A stretch of DNA of 64,000 nucleotides, taken from the NCBI GenBank assembly GCA_041697335.1, contig JBGUGD010000031.1, positions 40,566 to 104,565 of the forward strand, in the 5' to 3' direction. The stretch's first letter is position 1; each line of letters begins with the position of its first letter. The notes beneath the pieces were generated by a model. That model saw only the letters and a program-made list of their open reading frames with translations, was not told the origin of the DNA and did not search any database. A program made the translations under genes and the position numbers. Source of the DNA: Vampirovibrionaceae bacterium NZW_1234 (GTDB taxonomy: Bacteria; Cyanobacteriota; Vampirovibrionia; Vampirovibrionales; JAGQHJ01). Shown piece by piece: positions 48,257-58,287 of the stretch.

Positions 48257-49915
48257 TTGTTGAACAGGAATTGGCTAATGGCAGCGAAACAGCCATCCAA
48301 AATATCCCGGAAGGAGAGAGCGTCCAATGATCTTGCGACCTCTGTCATTATTGAGGCAGCTCGGGAGTACCAGGCCACCATCCACGTCGATGCACTGCCG
48401 ACAGATTTGCTGAACCTGAATACAAGCCAAAACATCAGTCTTCAAGACATCGTTATCTCTGAACTCCAAGCCGCACGGCTGCTGAATATTGACATGCCCA
48501 ACGAGCCGACCCAGTTTCTTCGGATTCTGGAAGCTCGGATCAAGGAGATTACCGGCACCCGCAAGAACGTCATTCTGCTTCTGGACGAAGAATCCGGCAC
48601 CTACACCTGTCTGAATGATGAGCTGTATGACGACTTGAAGCATTCCCCCCGGGAATTAACCTGGATTTCAGATAACTACCTGAAAGACCTCCTGGGCTCC
48701 GACCAGGTGATTCATAGTTTTCTCCATCAACAAGGCAGTATCTTCGGTATTGTGGCCATTGCCGATAAATTGGACGGGACTGTGTTCTCGACCCGAGATG
48801 AAATCATTCTGGAACAATTGACCCAGTACCTCTCGGTCCAGGTCAATCACTTCCTGACGCTAAAACGCAGCATGGTGCTGCCCACTATCCAGCAAACCCT
48901 GCTGAAAATTTCCAGCCGGCTCCTGAGTGCCGTGGACTCTGCCGCCATCTTTAAAGATGCTATGGGCGAACTCACCACCGAAATGCCCTTCAATGCGGCT
49001 CAATATATCCACCTGAACCGTGACAGCGGCAAAGGCGCCATTCTGTTTCAGCTGGCCCAAGGCCAATTCACGCAAGGTGCGCCCATTCAGGAAGTTGACC
49101 AATTCTCGTCCATGTTGAGCCTGTTCCAGTCACAGGTCTGGCATCACCCTTACCTGTATCTGAAAGGCGAAATGCTGGGTGACAAATCATTTTCCGAGCT
49201 CTTTGGACTACCCAATATTGTCTCTGTGCTCATCCTGCCCATGGTCTCCGAAGATTCCTATCTGGATGGTGCCCTCGTCCTGTTTCAACAAGAAAAAGCC
49301 GTGACGCTGTCGAAAGAATCGCTTCACGTCATTGAACACGTTTCCGAACTCATCATCTCCGCCTGCGGACGGGCCAAAATTCTGGAAAAAGCTCTGGAAA
49401 TTGCCACCACCGACGAACTCACCGGTGCCGTCAACCGCCGTGGCTTCTACACCCGCTTCGATGCGGAAATCGACCGGGCTCGGCGGAACCAAACACCCAT
49501 CAGCTTTGCCATGATCGACCTGGATCACTTCAAGATGATCAACGACACCTACGGCCACCTCGTGGGCGACCAAATCCTGCGAGAATTGTCCTCCAGGATT
49601 CACAAGAACATCCGTAAGAGCGATCTGCTTTGCCGCTATGGTGGCGAAGAATTCGCCCTCATGCTTCCTGAGACCGCCCTTGGCGCCGCTAAGGATCTTG
49701 TCGAGCGCCTGCGCCATAAAGTCGAAAAAGCCCCATTCAACACCTCTGCAGGCCCCATCAAAATCACCTTCAGCGCAGGTTTGATGCAAGTGGCCACACA
49801 CCAAGACTTTACCAAAGACCCCATGGCCGTCATCTCCGACGCCATCGGCAAAGCCGACACCGCCCTCTACGAAGCCAAACAACTCGGCCGCAATCGTTTG
49901 GTGGTTACGGACTAG
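48257..49915 (+). CDS. GAF-GGDEF diguanylate cyclase
   Basis: TTDELTGAVNRR, DLDHFKMIND, I-site RKSD, RYGGEEF, ADTALY; start possibly ATG 48278. Confidence 0.93.
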   Translation: MLNRNWLMAAKQPSKISRKERASNDLATSVIIEAAREYQATIHVDALPTDLLNLNTSQNISLQDIVISELQAARLLNIDMPNEPTQFLRILEARIKEITGTRKNVILLLDEESGTYTCLNDELYDDLKHSPRELTWISDNYLKDLLGSDQVIHSFLHQQGSIFGIVAIADKLDGTVFSTRDEIILEQLTQYLSVQVNHFLTLKRSMVLPTIQQTLLKISSRLLSAVDSAAIFKDAMGELTTEMPFNAAQYIHLNRDSGKGAILFQLAQGQFTQGAPIQEVDQFSSMLSLFQSQVWHHPYLYLKGEMLGDKSFSELFGLPNIVSVLILPMVSEDSYLDGALVLFQQEKAVTLSKESLHVIEHVSELIISACGRAKILEKALEIATTDELTGAVNRRGFYTRFDAEIDRARRNQTPISFAMIDLDHFKMINDTYGHLVGDQILRELSSRIHKNIRKSDLLCRYGGEEFALMLPETALGAAKDLVERLRHKVEKAPFNTSAGPIKITFSAGLMQVATHQDFTKDPMAVISDAIGKADTALYEAKQLGRNRLVVTD

Positions 49916-49918
49916 AAA

Positions 49919-50129
49919 ATATCGATAATGGGGACGCTGTCCCCAAACCCCTGCCAAAGGGCCTTACGGCCCCTTGGAACCCCGTGTGGGATATTTGGGG
50001 TGGGGGCTTTTGAACCTCCATGCAAGACGGCATAAAAAAGGCCCCCACCCCAAATATCCCGATTGGGAGTCCAGAGGGCCAGGTGGCCCTTTGGTGGGGG
50101 TTTGGGGGCAACGCCCCCATTATTGATAT
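49919..50129. repeat. About 210-bp palindromic intergenic element (REP/MITE-like)
   Basis: Imperfect terminal inverted repeats of about 45 bp (ATATCGATAATGGGGACGCTGTCCCCAAACCCC.../...GGGGTTTGGGGGCAACGCCCCCATTATTGATAT) plus an inner IR GGGATATTTGGGGTGGGGGC/GCCCCCACCCCAAATATCCC. Confidence 0.85.
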
Positions 50130-50132
50130 CCT

Positions 50133-51728
50133 CTAGACCAATTCCACGAACTTGGCGGCGGTGATGCCGTCGAGGGATTCGATGTTTTTGAGAACGTTGG
50201 GGGGAATGGGGTTGTCGAGGTTGAAGACCATCATGGATTCGCCACCGGCTTCCTGGCCTTTACGGGCCACTTGAAGGGCGCTGACGTTAATGCTGTTTTC
50301 ACCCAGGACCGTGGCAACCTTGGCAATCATCCCCGGCCGGTCGATGTGGGGAGCCAGAAGCAGGTAGTCGGAAGGTTCGACATGCGCCGGGTAATGATTC
50401 AGCTCGACAATCCGATAGATTTTATCGGAAATCAGGCTGCCTGAAACAGAGTAAGTTTTGGTGTCCGTGCTCAATTGAACTGTCAGCAAGTTCGCAAAGT
50501 TTCCGGCTCGTGGAGAGCGGGATTCTTTAACGGCAATTCCCTCTTCTTCGGCTATGATCATCGCATTAACGTAGTTTACACCTTCACGGGCGTACCCCAA
50601 GAGACCTTTCAAAACAGCAAGAGTTAGAGGTGTCAGGTTTTCATGGGCCAAGGTGCCCCCTGCCACAAGTTCCACCTGTGTGGCGCCACCCGGTGTAATT
50701 TGTCGAATGAGGTTGCCCATTTGTTCGGCCATGCGCATATAGTGTTTCACCGGCTCCAGAATTTCACGGCGAAGTGCGGGAATATTAACGGCACTTTGGG
50801 CTGTACCGCTTTGAAAGAACTCCACAAACTGCTCGGCAACATCACGGGCAACGTTTACCTGGGCTTCTTCGGTACTGGCACCCAGGTGAGGCGTCATAAT
50901 GATTCTATCGCCAAACTCATGCAGGGGATCATCAGCCGGTAACGGCTCATGTTCAAACACATCCAGACCTGCACCGGCAACCTTGCCACTGCGAAGGGCA
51001 TCACGCAGGGCCGACTCATCGATAATGCCACCCCGAGCACAATTGACGATACGGACCCCATTTTTCATCTTGTTAAAGGCCTCAGCGTTCAGCAAATGCT
51101 CGGTTTCGGGTGTTTTAGGGGCATGGAGCGTAATAAAGTCGGATTCCGAAAACAGTGTGTCGAGATTAACCGACTCGACTTTGAGTTCTTCAGCCATCTG
51201 GCTGGACAAAAAGGGATCGAACACCAGTATACGCATCCCCATCCGCTGGAAGACACTGGCCACTTTACGTCCGATTTTGCCAAAACCGACTACCCCCAGG
51301 GCCTTTCCTGTGAGTTCTACACCAGTCAAGCCTTTGCCACGCCAACCGCCAGATTTTACGATCCGATCGGCTTCCGGAATGTGGCGCGCCAAGGCCATGA
51401 TCATCCCAATGGTATGCTCCGCAGCGGCAACGGTATTGCCACCCGGGGAATTAACGACGATGACCCCATTTCGAGTAGCCGCTTGCAGATCGATGTTGTC
51501 GGTGCCAACACCGGCCCGGCCAACGATCTTGAGGTTGGGCGCATTTTCCAGAACAGCAGCTGTTACTTGAGTTGCACTGCGGACCATAAGTCCATCCATT
51601 TCCCCGATTCGAGCCATGATGTCACTATCCGACAGCTTCGGTTCGAAAATCACGTCACAATGGGCCTGAAGAATGTCTTTGGCAATCGGATGAATCCCGT
51701 CCGTTACAAGAATTTTTGGTTTAGCCAT
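50133..51728 (-). CDS. serA: D-3-phosphoglycerate dehydrogenase (with ASB and ACT domains)
   Basis: VRSAT, GRAGVGTDN, GFGKIG, NCARGG, PHLGAST.EAQ, ACT domain HIDRPGMIA; ATG 51728 overlaps the upstream stop. Confidence 0.96.
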   Translation of the reverse strand: MAKPKILVTDGIHPIAKDILQAHCDVIFEPKLSDSDIMARIGEMDGLMVRSATQVTAAVLENAPNLKIVGRAGVGTDNIDLQAATRNGVIVVNSPGGNTVAAAEHTIGMIMALARHIPEADRIVKSGGWRGKGLTGVELTGKALGVVGFGKIGRKVASVFQRMGMRILVFDPFLSSQMAEELKVESVNLDTLFSESDFITLHAPKTPETEHLLNAEAFNKMKNGVRIVNCARGGIIDESALRDALRSGKVAGAGLDVFEHEPLPADDPLHEFGDRIIMTPHLGASTEEAQVNVARDVAEQFVEFFQSGTAQSAVNIPALRREILEPVKHYMRMAEQMGNLIRQITPGGATQVELVAGGTLAHENLTPLTLAVLKGLLGYAREGVNYVNAMIIAEEEGIAVKESRSPRAGNFANLLTVQLSTDTKTYSVSGSLISDKIYRIVELNHYPAHVEPSDYLLLAPHIDRPGMIAKVATVLGENSINVSALQVARKGQEAGGESMMVFNLDNPIPPNVLKNIESLDGITAAKFVELV

Positions 51729-52905
51729 GTTGGATCCACTCCTTCTGTGCTGCTGCAACGGCTGCCCCAAGGGGAGCTTGATTGAAACCCAGCTTGTGCA
51801 TAACCGCTTCTGTCGCCGCAACAGCGGTTAAGACCTCCCGAGGGAAGACAGCACCCAAATGTCCAATGCGGAAGATTTTACCCATGAGATCTTTTTGCCC
51901 ATTGGCAACGGTCATACTGAAATGGTCTCGAAGCCCTGCACGAATGTCATCCACAGAGACCCCTGAAGGCGGCACGATTGATGTGACCGAAGGGCTCGCA
52001 ATAGCATCGTCCTGAACAAACAAGGTCAGGCCCATCGCTCTCATGGCCGCACGAGTCATGTGCTGATTCAAACGGTGACGCTGCCAAATGGCGTCCAAGC
52101 CTTCCTCTTTCATCAGTCGCAAGGCCTCCTGAAGACCACGTGCAAGACTAACAGCCGGGGTATAGGGGGTTTGGCCAGGCTCAATATTCTTTTCGTTTTT
52201 TGAGAAATTAAAGTAAAACCCGGGGTTTTGGCACTGCTGGTGAACCGCCATTGCTTTCGGGCTGACCGCCAGGAAAGCCAGGCCCGGATGGATCATAAAC
52301 CCTTTTTGGCTACCGGAAACCGCAATATCGATACCCCATTTATCAAAGTAAAAAGGAGCAGCCCCCAGCCCCGTGACCGTATCCACAACGACCAAGGCGT
52401 TGGAGTGGGCTCGAATAATTTGGGAGAATTGTTCCACGGGGTTCAGAACACCTGTCGAGGTTTCGCTATGGATCATACAGACCGCTTTGACGTTCTGCCC
52501 TTCCGGGCTTTTCAAAAACTGTTCCAGCTCTTCAGCACTATTGGCTTGCCCTGCCGGCACACTTTGCAGATGCACCTTGATACCCAGTTCCTTGGCAATT
52601 TCAGCCCAGCGCATACTAAACACGCCACACGCCAAGACCAGAATTTCCTCGCCAGGGTGAACCGTATTGACCAAGGCCGCTTCCATGGCACCGGTTCCAG
52701 AGGCACTGTACATGAACACAGGCTGTTCGGTCTGAAAAACCCATTTCAGTCCGGCATAGACCTCTTTCATAATGGCTTTGAATTCGCCGCTGCGATGCCC
52801 CATCGCAGGTCTTGCCATGGCTTCCATAATGGTTGCCGGTACGGGTGTGGGGCCTGGAATCATTAAAAGCTGATCGGCTTTCATTGTAGTGGGTTCTCCT
52901 AGCAT
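51721..52905 (-). CDS. Class V aminotransferase (serine-pyruvate/alanine-glyoxylate type; may act as SerC given coupling to serA)
   Basis: MIPGPTP, HRS, SGTGAMEA, HSETSTG, SGSQKG, FRIGHLG. Confidence 0.92.
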   Translation of the reverse strand: MLGEPTTMKADQLLMIPGPTPVPATIMEAMARPAMGHRSGEFKAIMKEVYAGLKWVFQTEQPVFMYSASGTGAMEAALVNTVHPGEEILVLACGVFSMRWAEIAKELGIKVHLQSVPAGQANSAEELEQFLKSPEGQNVKAVCMIHSETSTGVLNPVEQFSQIIRAHSNALVVVDTVTGLGAAPFYFDKWGIDIAVSGSQKGFMIHPGLAFLAVSPKAMAVHQQCQNPGFYFNFSKNEKNIEPGQTPYTPAVSLARGLQEALRLMKEEGLDAIWQRHRLNQHMTRAAMRAMGLTLFVQDDAIASPSVTSIVPPSGVSVDDIRAGLRDHFSMTVANGQKDLMGKIFRIGHLGAVFPREVLTAVAATEAVMHKLGFNQAPLGAAVAAAQKEWIQHG

Positions 52906-53222
52906 CCGGGGGTGTGGCCCTTATTGTAGCGGAAAAGCCTCAAGGACAAATTGAGAAATCCGAAATCCGGCAAAATCAAGTTCTCTCAGAGCGCTTGGGA
53001 TTCCAGAGGCAAATCCTATATTTGATGTATACAGAACCGTTACCGCCAGCCGATACCCATTGTACCCAAACAACCCTCCTCTCTCTCCCAAAATCACCTT
53101 TAATAGAGTGCCCATCAAAAGGCACTTTTTTTTTGCCGATTCGGCGCTGTTGCTTTACCCGAAGCAATGGTATATAAAAAGCATTCAAGACGCGCTGAAT
53201 TAAATTTAAGGAGACTCGCCTT

Positions 53223-53759
53223 ATGCGACGTATCTTCAGCTCCCGGTTCACGATGCTTTTGATACTGCTGTGGCTCAGTACGGGGTTGATGAGCAATGCC
53301 CAGATTTATGTTGAGGCTCCGGTCATTATTGATGAAAGTGGCGTTCTCGCTCCGGAAGAGAAGCACTTCCCCTGGCGCTTGCAAGAAGTTCCTGGCGGGG
53401 AGATACAGACCTATGAGATCCCGTATACGGGCATTTCCCAGAAACAAACCCAAATTGTTGGGACCAGCGCCGATTGGCACCGTTTATCCACTTTACTGGG
53501 ATGGCAACAAGGCAATATTCCATTTAACCCTGAAACCGAAGTCGTGGTCGCGATTTTTTTAGGAGATCGCCCGACTGGAGGCTATGCAATTGCCGTTGAC
53601 TGTATCCAAACCTCTTCCTCGGATACCAGCATTAAGGTTAGAGAGATAACACCTCGTCCGGACATGATGACCACACAAGCTCTTACCAGCCCAGGTCTGC
53701 TGATCAAACTGCCTAAACCAAGGCATGCCATTCACGTAGATTTCTTCGAGCCCAACTAA
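53223..53759 (+). CDS. Secreted PrcB C-terminal domain protein
   Basis: Signal peptide; AIFLGDRPTGGYAI and TQALTSP motifs. Confidence 0.8.
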   Translation: MRRIFSSRFTMLLILLWLSTGLMSNAQIYVEAPVIIDESGVLAPEEKHFPWRLQEVPGGEIQTYEIPYTGISQKQTQIVGTSADWHRLSTLLGWQQGNIPFNPETEVVVAIFLGDRPTGGYAIAVDCIQTSSSDTSIKVREITPRPDMMTTQALTSPGLLIKLPKPRHAIHVDFFEPN

Positions 53760-53911
53760 TTGATATTCTCCACCGTTTTCTCCATTTCCTGAGGGACCCG
53801 TACAGCCCCAATTTCCTCTCCTCACAGGAGGACTTCGATACATGAGTCAGGCTAATCTGTACATAGATAAGTTTTATCGAAGGGACATTTAGTAGGAGAA
53901 GGAGAGAGACC

Positions 53912-54382
53912 ATCGGGGTCAAAGCATTTAAATTCAAACTTCAGCCCGTGCTGGAAATGCGAACCCGCCAGCTAGAAGAAGTTCAGCAGCGATTCGCCGT
54001 TCAAATGCGTCGTGTTGTCGAAATCCAAACGCTGATTCAGGAAACGCAAGATCAGATTCAGCAGTATTTAAATCCTCAAAAACCTGACGCATTTGATCCG
54101 ATCATTTCCCAGCAACGGTTTCGGTTTGTTCAATATTTAAAGTTGCAATTGGATTTCTTTCAAAGAACCTTGCAACAAGAAGAAATCAAATTGAACGCCC
54201 TGAGAGAAGAAATGCGCCTGGCCCACGTGAAGAAAAAATCATTGGAACAACTCGAAGAAAATCAACGCAAAACCTTTCTCAAAGCTCTGGAAGAGCAAGA
54301 ATCCAAAGAAATAGAAGACCTGGTGATGGCTCGTCGCCATTACTTCAATGAAAAAGAAGAAATACAAGCAGTCCCCCATTAA
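53912..54382 (+). CDS. fliJ: Flagellar export protein FliJ (possible non-canonical ATC start)
   Basis: KAFKFKLQPVLEMR N-terminus, coiled coil, KKSLEQLEE, EQESKEIEDL; lies upstream of fliK-flgD-flgE. Confidence 0.82.
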   Translation: MGVKAFKFKLQPVLEMRTRQLEEVQQRFAVQMRRVVEIQTLIQETQDQIQQYLNPQKPDAFDPIISQQRFRFVQYLKLQLDFFQRTLQQEEIKLNALREEMRLAHVKKKSLEQLEENQRKTFLKALEEQESKEIEDLVMARRHYFNEKEEIQAVPH

Positions 54383-54476
54383 CTCTTTCGTTTTAATTTC
54401 TGGAAGGATAGAAGGTCAGAGTATCTGGCTTGATCAATCGAAGTAGGCAGTAGAGAAGAGAGAGAACCCAACCGAA

Positions 54477-56597
54477 ATGATAGGCAACCAGCTATCAGTA
54501 AACTATAGCTCTACACGCAGGGCCTCAGACATGATGCCCCTATCTGATCATGCCTCTGATAAAGCCATGGGTTCGAAATTTTTAAATGCCTTGCGTCAAG
54601 TGGTTCGCCGTTCTCAACAGGAACAGACAGGCCCTAAGTCCAAGGCATCTTCTGAATCACCCGAAAAAGCTTTAGACACACTCAGACAAAGAATCCAGTC
54701 CTCTCTGGAAGAAGAAAAACTGACTTCAGAATCTGCTGGGAAGCTTGCAGAAACCCTTGAAAAAATGCAAGCATCTTTTGAATCCATATTGCCAAATGTA
54801 CCACCTAAGGCTCAGACCCATATTTCTGAGACCTTGGATCAGCTTAATCAACTTCTGCAGGAGTTAGCAGTCGAAGTAACCCCTATAACGACGGAAACAC
54901 TTCACTCAGAAGCACCGACTGGACATACAACGCCGGATATTACAGTGACCTTGGAGGAAAGTCCTGAAACAGACCCGACACTGGATCCGGAAACCTTGTT
55001 ACAAGGTGTCTATGAATATTTTCAATCGGTTTTAAATCAACACCCCAGCATCATGCATGAATTGTCGGCTCACGAGGACAGAACATCCCGGGCTTTTTTA
55101 ACAGAACTTCTCGAAAACACAAGCCAGGCTGCGGGAATCCCCCCTCAAATAGCCTCTTTATTTGGAACACAAGAACAGCAACAAATCAAAAACATCCTGG
55201 AAAAACTACCACCCAATATTAAATCCCTATTAACAGAAATCGCCAAAACACTTCCCTCCGGAAAAAATAATCATCCGATCGATCTGAGTTCGTTGAGCTC
55301 AAAAGATTTGACACATCCAAACCCCACCCTATCGCAGGAGCTTCTTCAGTTGGTTGCCAGTTTGAAGCCAACCACGGTTCAAACCTTACAAACACAATTA
55401 ACATCCCCTAACCAAACTGCATTAGCCCAAGATTTCACCCGGGAACAAAATACAATAGCTACTCATGTTTCCATTGACGTCAGTGAAGCACCGATTACAA
55501 CGACGACACTGGAGAACGTGTCAGAGAATCTGACGGACATTCCAAAAGACCTGGCTCCGGAAACAAAAGCTGAAACGAAACTGCATAGGCTAATGGAAAA
55601 TCTGGATGCGACGTTAAGCCGCCTATCTTCATCCGAGCAGACGGCATTAAAAGATGTACTGAATCAATTGGCTCAGATTCAGCCAAAACCTCTGGAAAAA
55701 CCGCTCAATAAAAGCATCCAGCAAATTCAACTGGAAATGAGTTTTAAAAATTCAGTCATGAAACCCAAGGCATTCGCCGATGTACTCGGGGAAGAAACGA
55801 AAACAGAATCCAGCTTGTCTGAGGCCACACCCATCACTGTGGAGTCCTCTGCCTTTGGCACAGTGATGGCATCCACCTCAACAGAATCAGAAGCAAACTT
55901 GAGTCAGTTCTCCCAACCTCAACCCGACACTGCCTTGTTGACTATCGATACAAGTTCTAATGCCACACCCGTGCAAAAAACCGAGGCTCCCCAAACACCC
56001 TTCCAAATTCAGTTAAATGGGTCGGAAAAACCTGTCCATGAGCAAGTTTTGGATGCGGCTCAAATGACCCTGGAAGCGGGCAAAAAAGAGATTTCGCTGA
56101 ACTTGAGACCTGCCGAATTAGGCAGTGTAAAACTTATTTTGACCAGCAATATGCAAAATGAAGTCTCTGCAAAATTGATTACATCAACCCCAGATGCCAA
56201 AGCCTTATTGGAAAAAAGTCTTCAGCAACTGACTCATGCCTTAAAAGAGCAAGGCATTCAAATCGGCAGCATCAATGTCATTCAAGCCGGGTCCGATCCA
56301 AACTCGGCACAAAACAATGCTGATCAGCAGCCACAATCCCAAACATCGTGGACAACACAACAGGATCAACCCGGTTTTAACCAACAGCAGCAACAACATC
56401 AACAGTTTGAGAACATATTCCAAGACCTGGGCTTTAACGCCTTCAAGGATGGAGGTACCTCCCGAGCTAGGGACGAGGCTTCTTCGCAATCATCCTCCGA
56501 CACGGATGTCGGGGGAGAAGAAGTTTTATCTCAATCCCAGACAAGCCAAGAAGCTTCAGGCATGCATTCGCAGCAAGCTGTAGATATTCGGATTTAA
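54477..56597 (+). CDS. fliK: Flagellar hook-length control protein FliK
   Basis: Long S/T/E/Q/P-rich region; C-terminal LNLRPAELGSV...LEKSLQQLTHALKEQGI; context between fliJ and flgD. Confidence 0.88.
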   Translation: MIGNQLSVNYSSTRRASDMMPLSDHASDKAMGSKFLNALRQVVRRSQQEQTGPKSKASSESPEKALDTLRQRIQSSLEEEKLTSESAGKLAETLEKMQASFESILPNVPPKAQTHISETLDQLNQLLQELAVEVTPITTETLHSEAPTGHTTPDITVTLEESPETDPTLDPETLLQGVYEYFQSVLNQHPSIMHELSAHEDRTSRAFLTELLENTSQAAGIPPQIASLFGTQEQQQIKNILEKLPPNIKSLLTEIAKTLPSGKNNHPIDLSSLSSKDLTHPNPTLSQELLQLVASLKPTTVQTLQTQLTSPNQTALAQDFTREQNTIATHVSIDVSEAPITTTTLENVSENLTDIPKDLAPETKAETKLHRLMENLDATLSRLSSSEQTALKDVLNQLAQIQPKPLEKPLNKSIQQIQLEMSFKNSVMKPKAFADVLGEETKTESSLSEATPITVESSAFGTVMASTSTESEANLSQFSQPQPDTALLTIDTSSNATPVQKTEAPQTPFQIQLNGSEKPVHEQVLDAAQMTLEAGKKEISLNLRPAELGSVKLILTSNMQNEVSAKLITSTPDAKALLEKSLQQLTHALKEQGIQIGSINVIQAGSDPNSAQNNADQQPQSQTSWTTQQDQPGFNQQQQQHQQFENIFQDLGFNAFKDGGTSRARDEASSQSSSDTDVGGEEVLSQSQTSQEASGMHSQQAVDIRI

Positions 56598-56619
56598 CCC
56601 CAAAATAGGAGTTCGAGCG

Positions 56620-57045
56620 ATGAACATAGGCGAGACTATCCGTCAAATCGAAAACAATACCAACCGAATCAACTTTAACCGTGGTCAAGAAAACATGGGA
56701 AGTGACCGCCTAGATAAACATGCATTTTTACAGTTGCTGATGGCGAAACTAAAGTTTCAGGATCCACTCAATCCGACCAACGATGAAGACTTTTTAACCC
56801 AGCAGGCTCAGCTCCAACAGGTTGAAAGCATGAATAACATGAATCAAATGATGCAAAGTTCCATGATCCTGTCGCAAGCCAGCAATCTGGTGGGCAAAAC
56901 CGTGGATGTCCTTAATGAGAAAGGAGAAACCATTACCGGTTTGGTACAAAATGCCAGCATTGGCAATAACTCTGCCGGGCTGATGATTAATGGTAAAACC
57001 TATACCATAGCGCAGGTGAAAAAGATTTATAGCGAGGTGCAATAA
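56620..57045 (+). CDS. flgD: Flagellar hook capping protein FlgD
   Basis: LDKHAFLQLLMAKLKFQDPLNP, QQAQLQQVE, ASNLVGKTV. Confidence 0.94.
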   Translation: MNIGETIRQIENNTNRINFNRGQENMGSDRLDKHAFLQLLMAKLKFQDPLNPTNDEDFLTQQAQLQQVESMNNMNQMMQSSMILSQASNLVGKTVDVLNEKGETITGLVQNASIGNNSAGLMINGKTYTIAQVKKIYSEVQ

Positions 57046-57110
57046 GTTCTTCGCTTACCCAATTAGTTAGAGAGAGAGAGAGATTTTATAATCGGAGGGT
57101 TTCCTAAAAG

Positions 57111-58211
57111 ATGAGTCAAGGATTATTCAGTGCCGTATCCGGAATTCGAGCGAACCAGACCCGCTTGAATGTTATTGCCAACAACTTGGCCAACTTGAAC
57201 ACGGTGGCCTTTAAAAGCAGTGACGCAAATTTTAGAACTACCTATTTCAACACACTGAATTTTGGTGCTGGTCCCACCACGAACACCGGGGGTATTAACC
57301 CACTCCAAGTCGGTACAGGAACTGCACTGAGTGAAATCAAACAAAATTTCGCCCAGGGAGGTAGCCTCTTTAGTGGACGACCTACCGATTTGTCCATTAA
57401 TGGGGAAGGATTCTTTACAATTCAAGATCCTGCGAACGCAAACGGCTATATGTTGACCCGTGCCGGAAACTTCTCTTTGGATGGTAACGGAAACCTCGTT
57501 ACAGCCAATGGGGAACAAGTTCTGGGAACGGCAACCGTGGATGGCAATGATCCGAATACAGTTAAAGCGGTACAAGTGCCAACCACGCTGGTCATCTATA
57601 AAGAGCGCGATGCGGCTAATAATGTTCTTCAAACCTGGATTGGTGACTCTTCCACTTCGGCTCCGTCTCCCACAATGGGTGGCACCGTTGGAGCTGAAGC
57701 TGTTGGCTTGACCAGTTTCTCAGTTGGACAAGATGGCGGGATCACCGCTATTTATTCCAATGGTGATCGGTTGACGGTGAGAACTGACCCAACCAGCACA
57801 AATCAAAACCTTCGCGAATTCAGTGTCATCCTCTCGGATGGAAGTACATTTGCACCATCAAGTTCAGGGACAACAGGGATCCTCAACATTATGAATAATA
57901 CGGTAACATCCGAACCTGTTATCTATCCCGAAGAAATGCAGTTGAGGATTGCCAAGGTTACCAACACGCTGGGTCTGGTGCAAATTGGTCAAAATAATTA
58001 CCAGCTTGGTCCAAACGTGGGGACCGTAACCATGGGGATTGGTAGTTTTGCTGGCCGAGGTTCTGTGGCCGCAGGAGCCCTGGAATCCTCCAATGTGGAC
58101 ATTGCCGCAGAATTTACCAATATGATTCTCGCACAGAGAGGTGTTGAAGCTGCCGGTAAGGTAGTTTCTACCCAAAGTGATGTCTTAAGAACCATTATTA
58201 ATCTTCTCTAA
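57111..58211 (+). CDS. flgE: Flagellar hook protein FlgE (short form)
   Basis: SAVSGI..NQ..LNVIANNLANLNTVAFK, DLSINGEGFF, TRAGNF, LESSNVDIAAEFTNMILAQR. Confidence 0.92.
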   Translation: MSQGLFSAVSGIRANQTRLNVIANNLANLNTVAFKSSDANFRTTYFNTLNFGAGPTTNTGGINPLQVGTGTALSEIKQNFAQGGSLFSGRPTDLSINGEGFFTIQDPANANGYMLTRAGNFSLDGNGNLVTANGEQVLGTATVDGNDPNTVKAVQVPTTLVIYKERDAANNVLQTWIGDSSTSAPSPTMGGTVGAEAVGLTSFSVGQDGGITAIYSNGDRLTVRTDPTSTNQNLREFSVILSDGSTFAPSSSGTTGILNIMNNTVTSEPVIYPEEMQLRIAKVTNTLGLVQIGQNNYQLGPNVGTVTMGIGSFAGRGSVAAGALESSNVDIAAEFTNMILAQRGVEAAGKVVSTQSDVLRTIINLL

Positions 58212-58236
58212 TAACCAATTCCGTCTAGCGCCTCAT

Positions 58237-58268
58237 AAGCAGAAGTTTCAGAAACTTCTGCTTTTTTA
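58237..58268. terminator. Intrinsic terminator after flgE
   Basis: AAGCAGAAGTTTC-a-GAAACTTCTGCTT followed by a T-tract. Confidence 0.85.
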
Positions 58269-58287
58269 TTGGAATGGGTCCGGAAAC

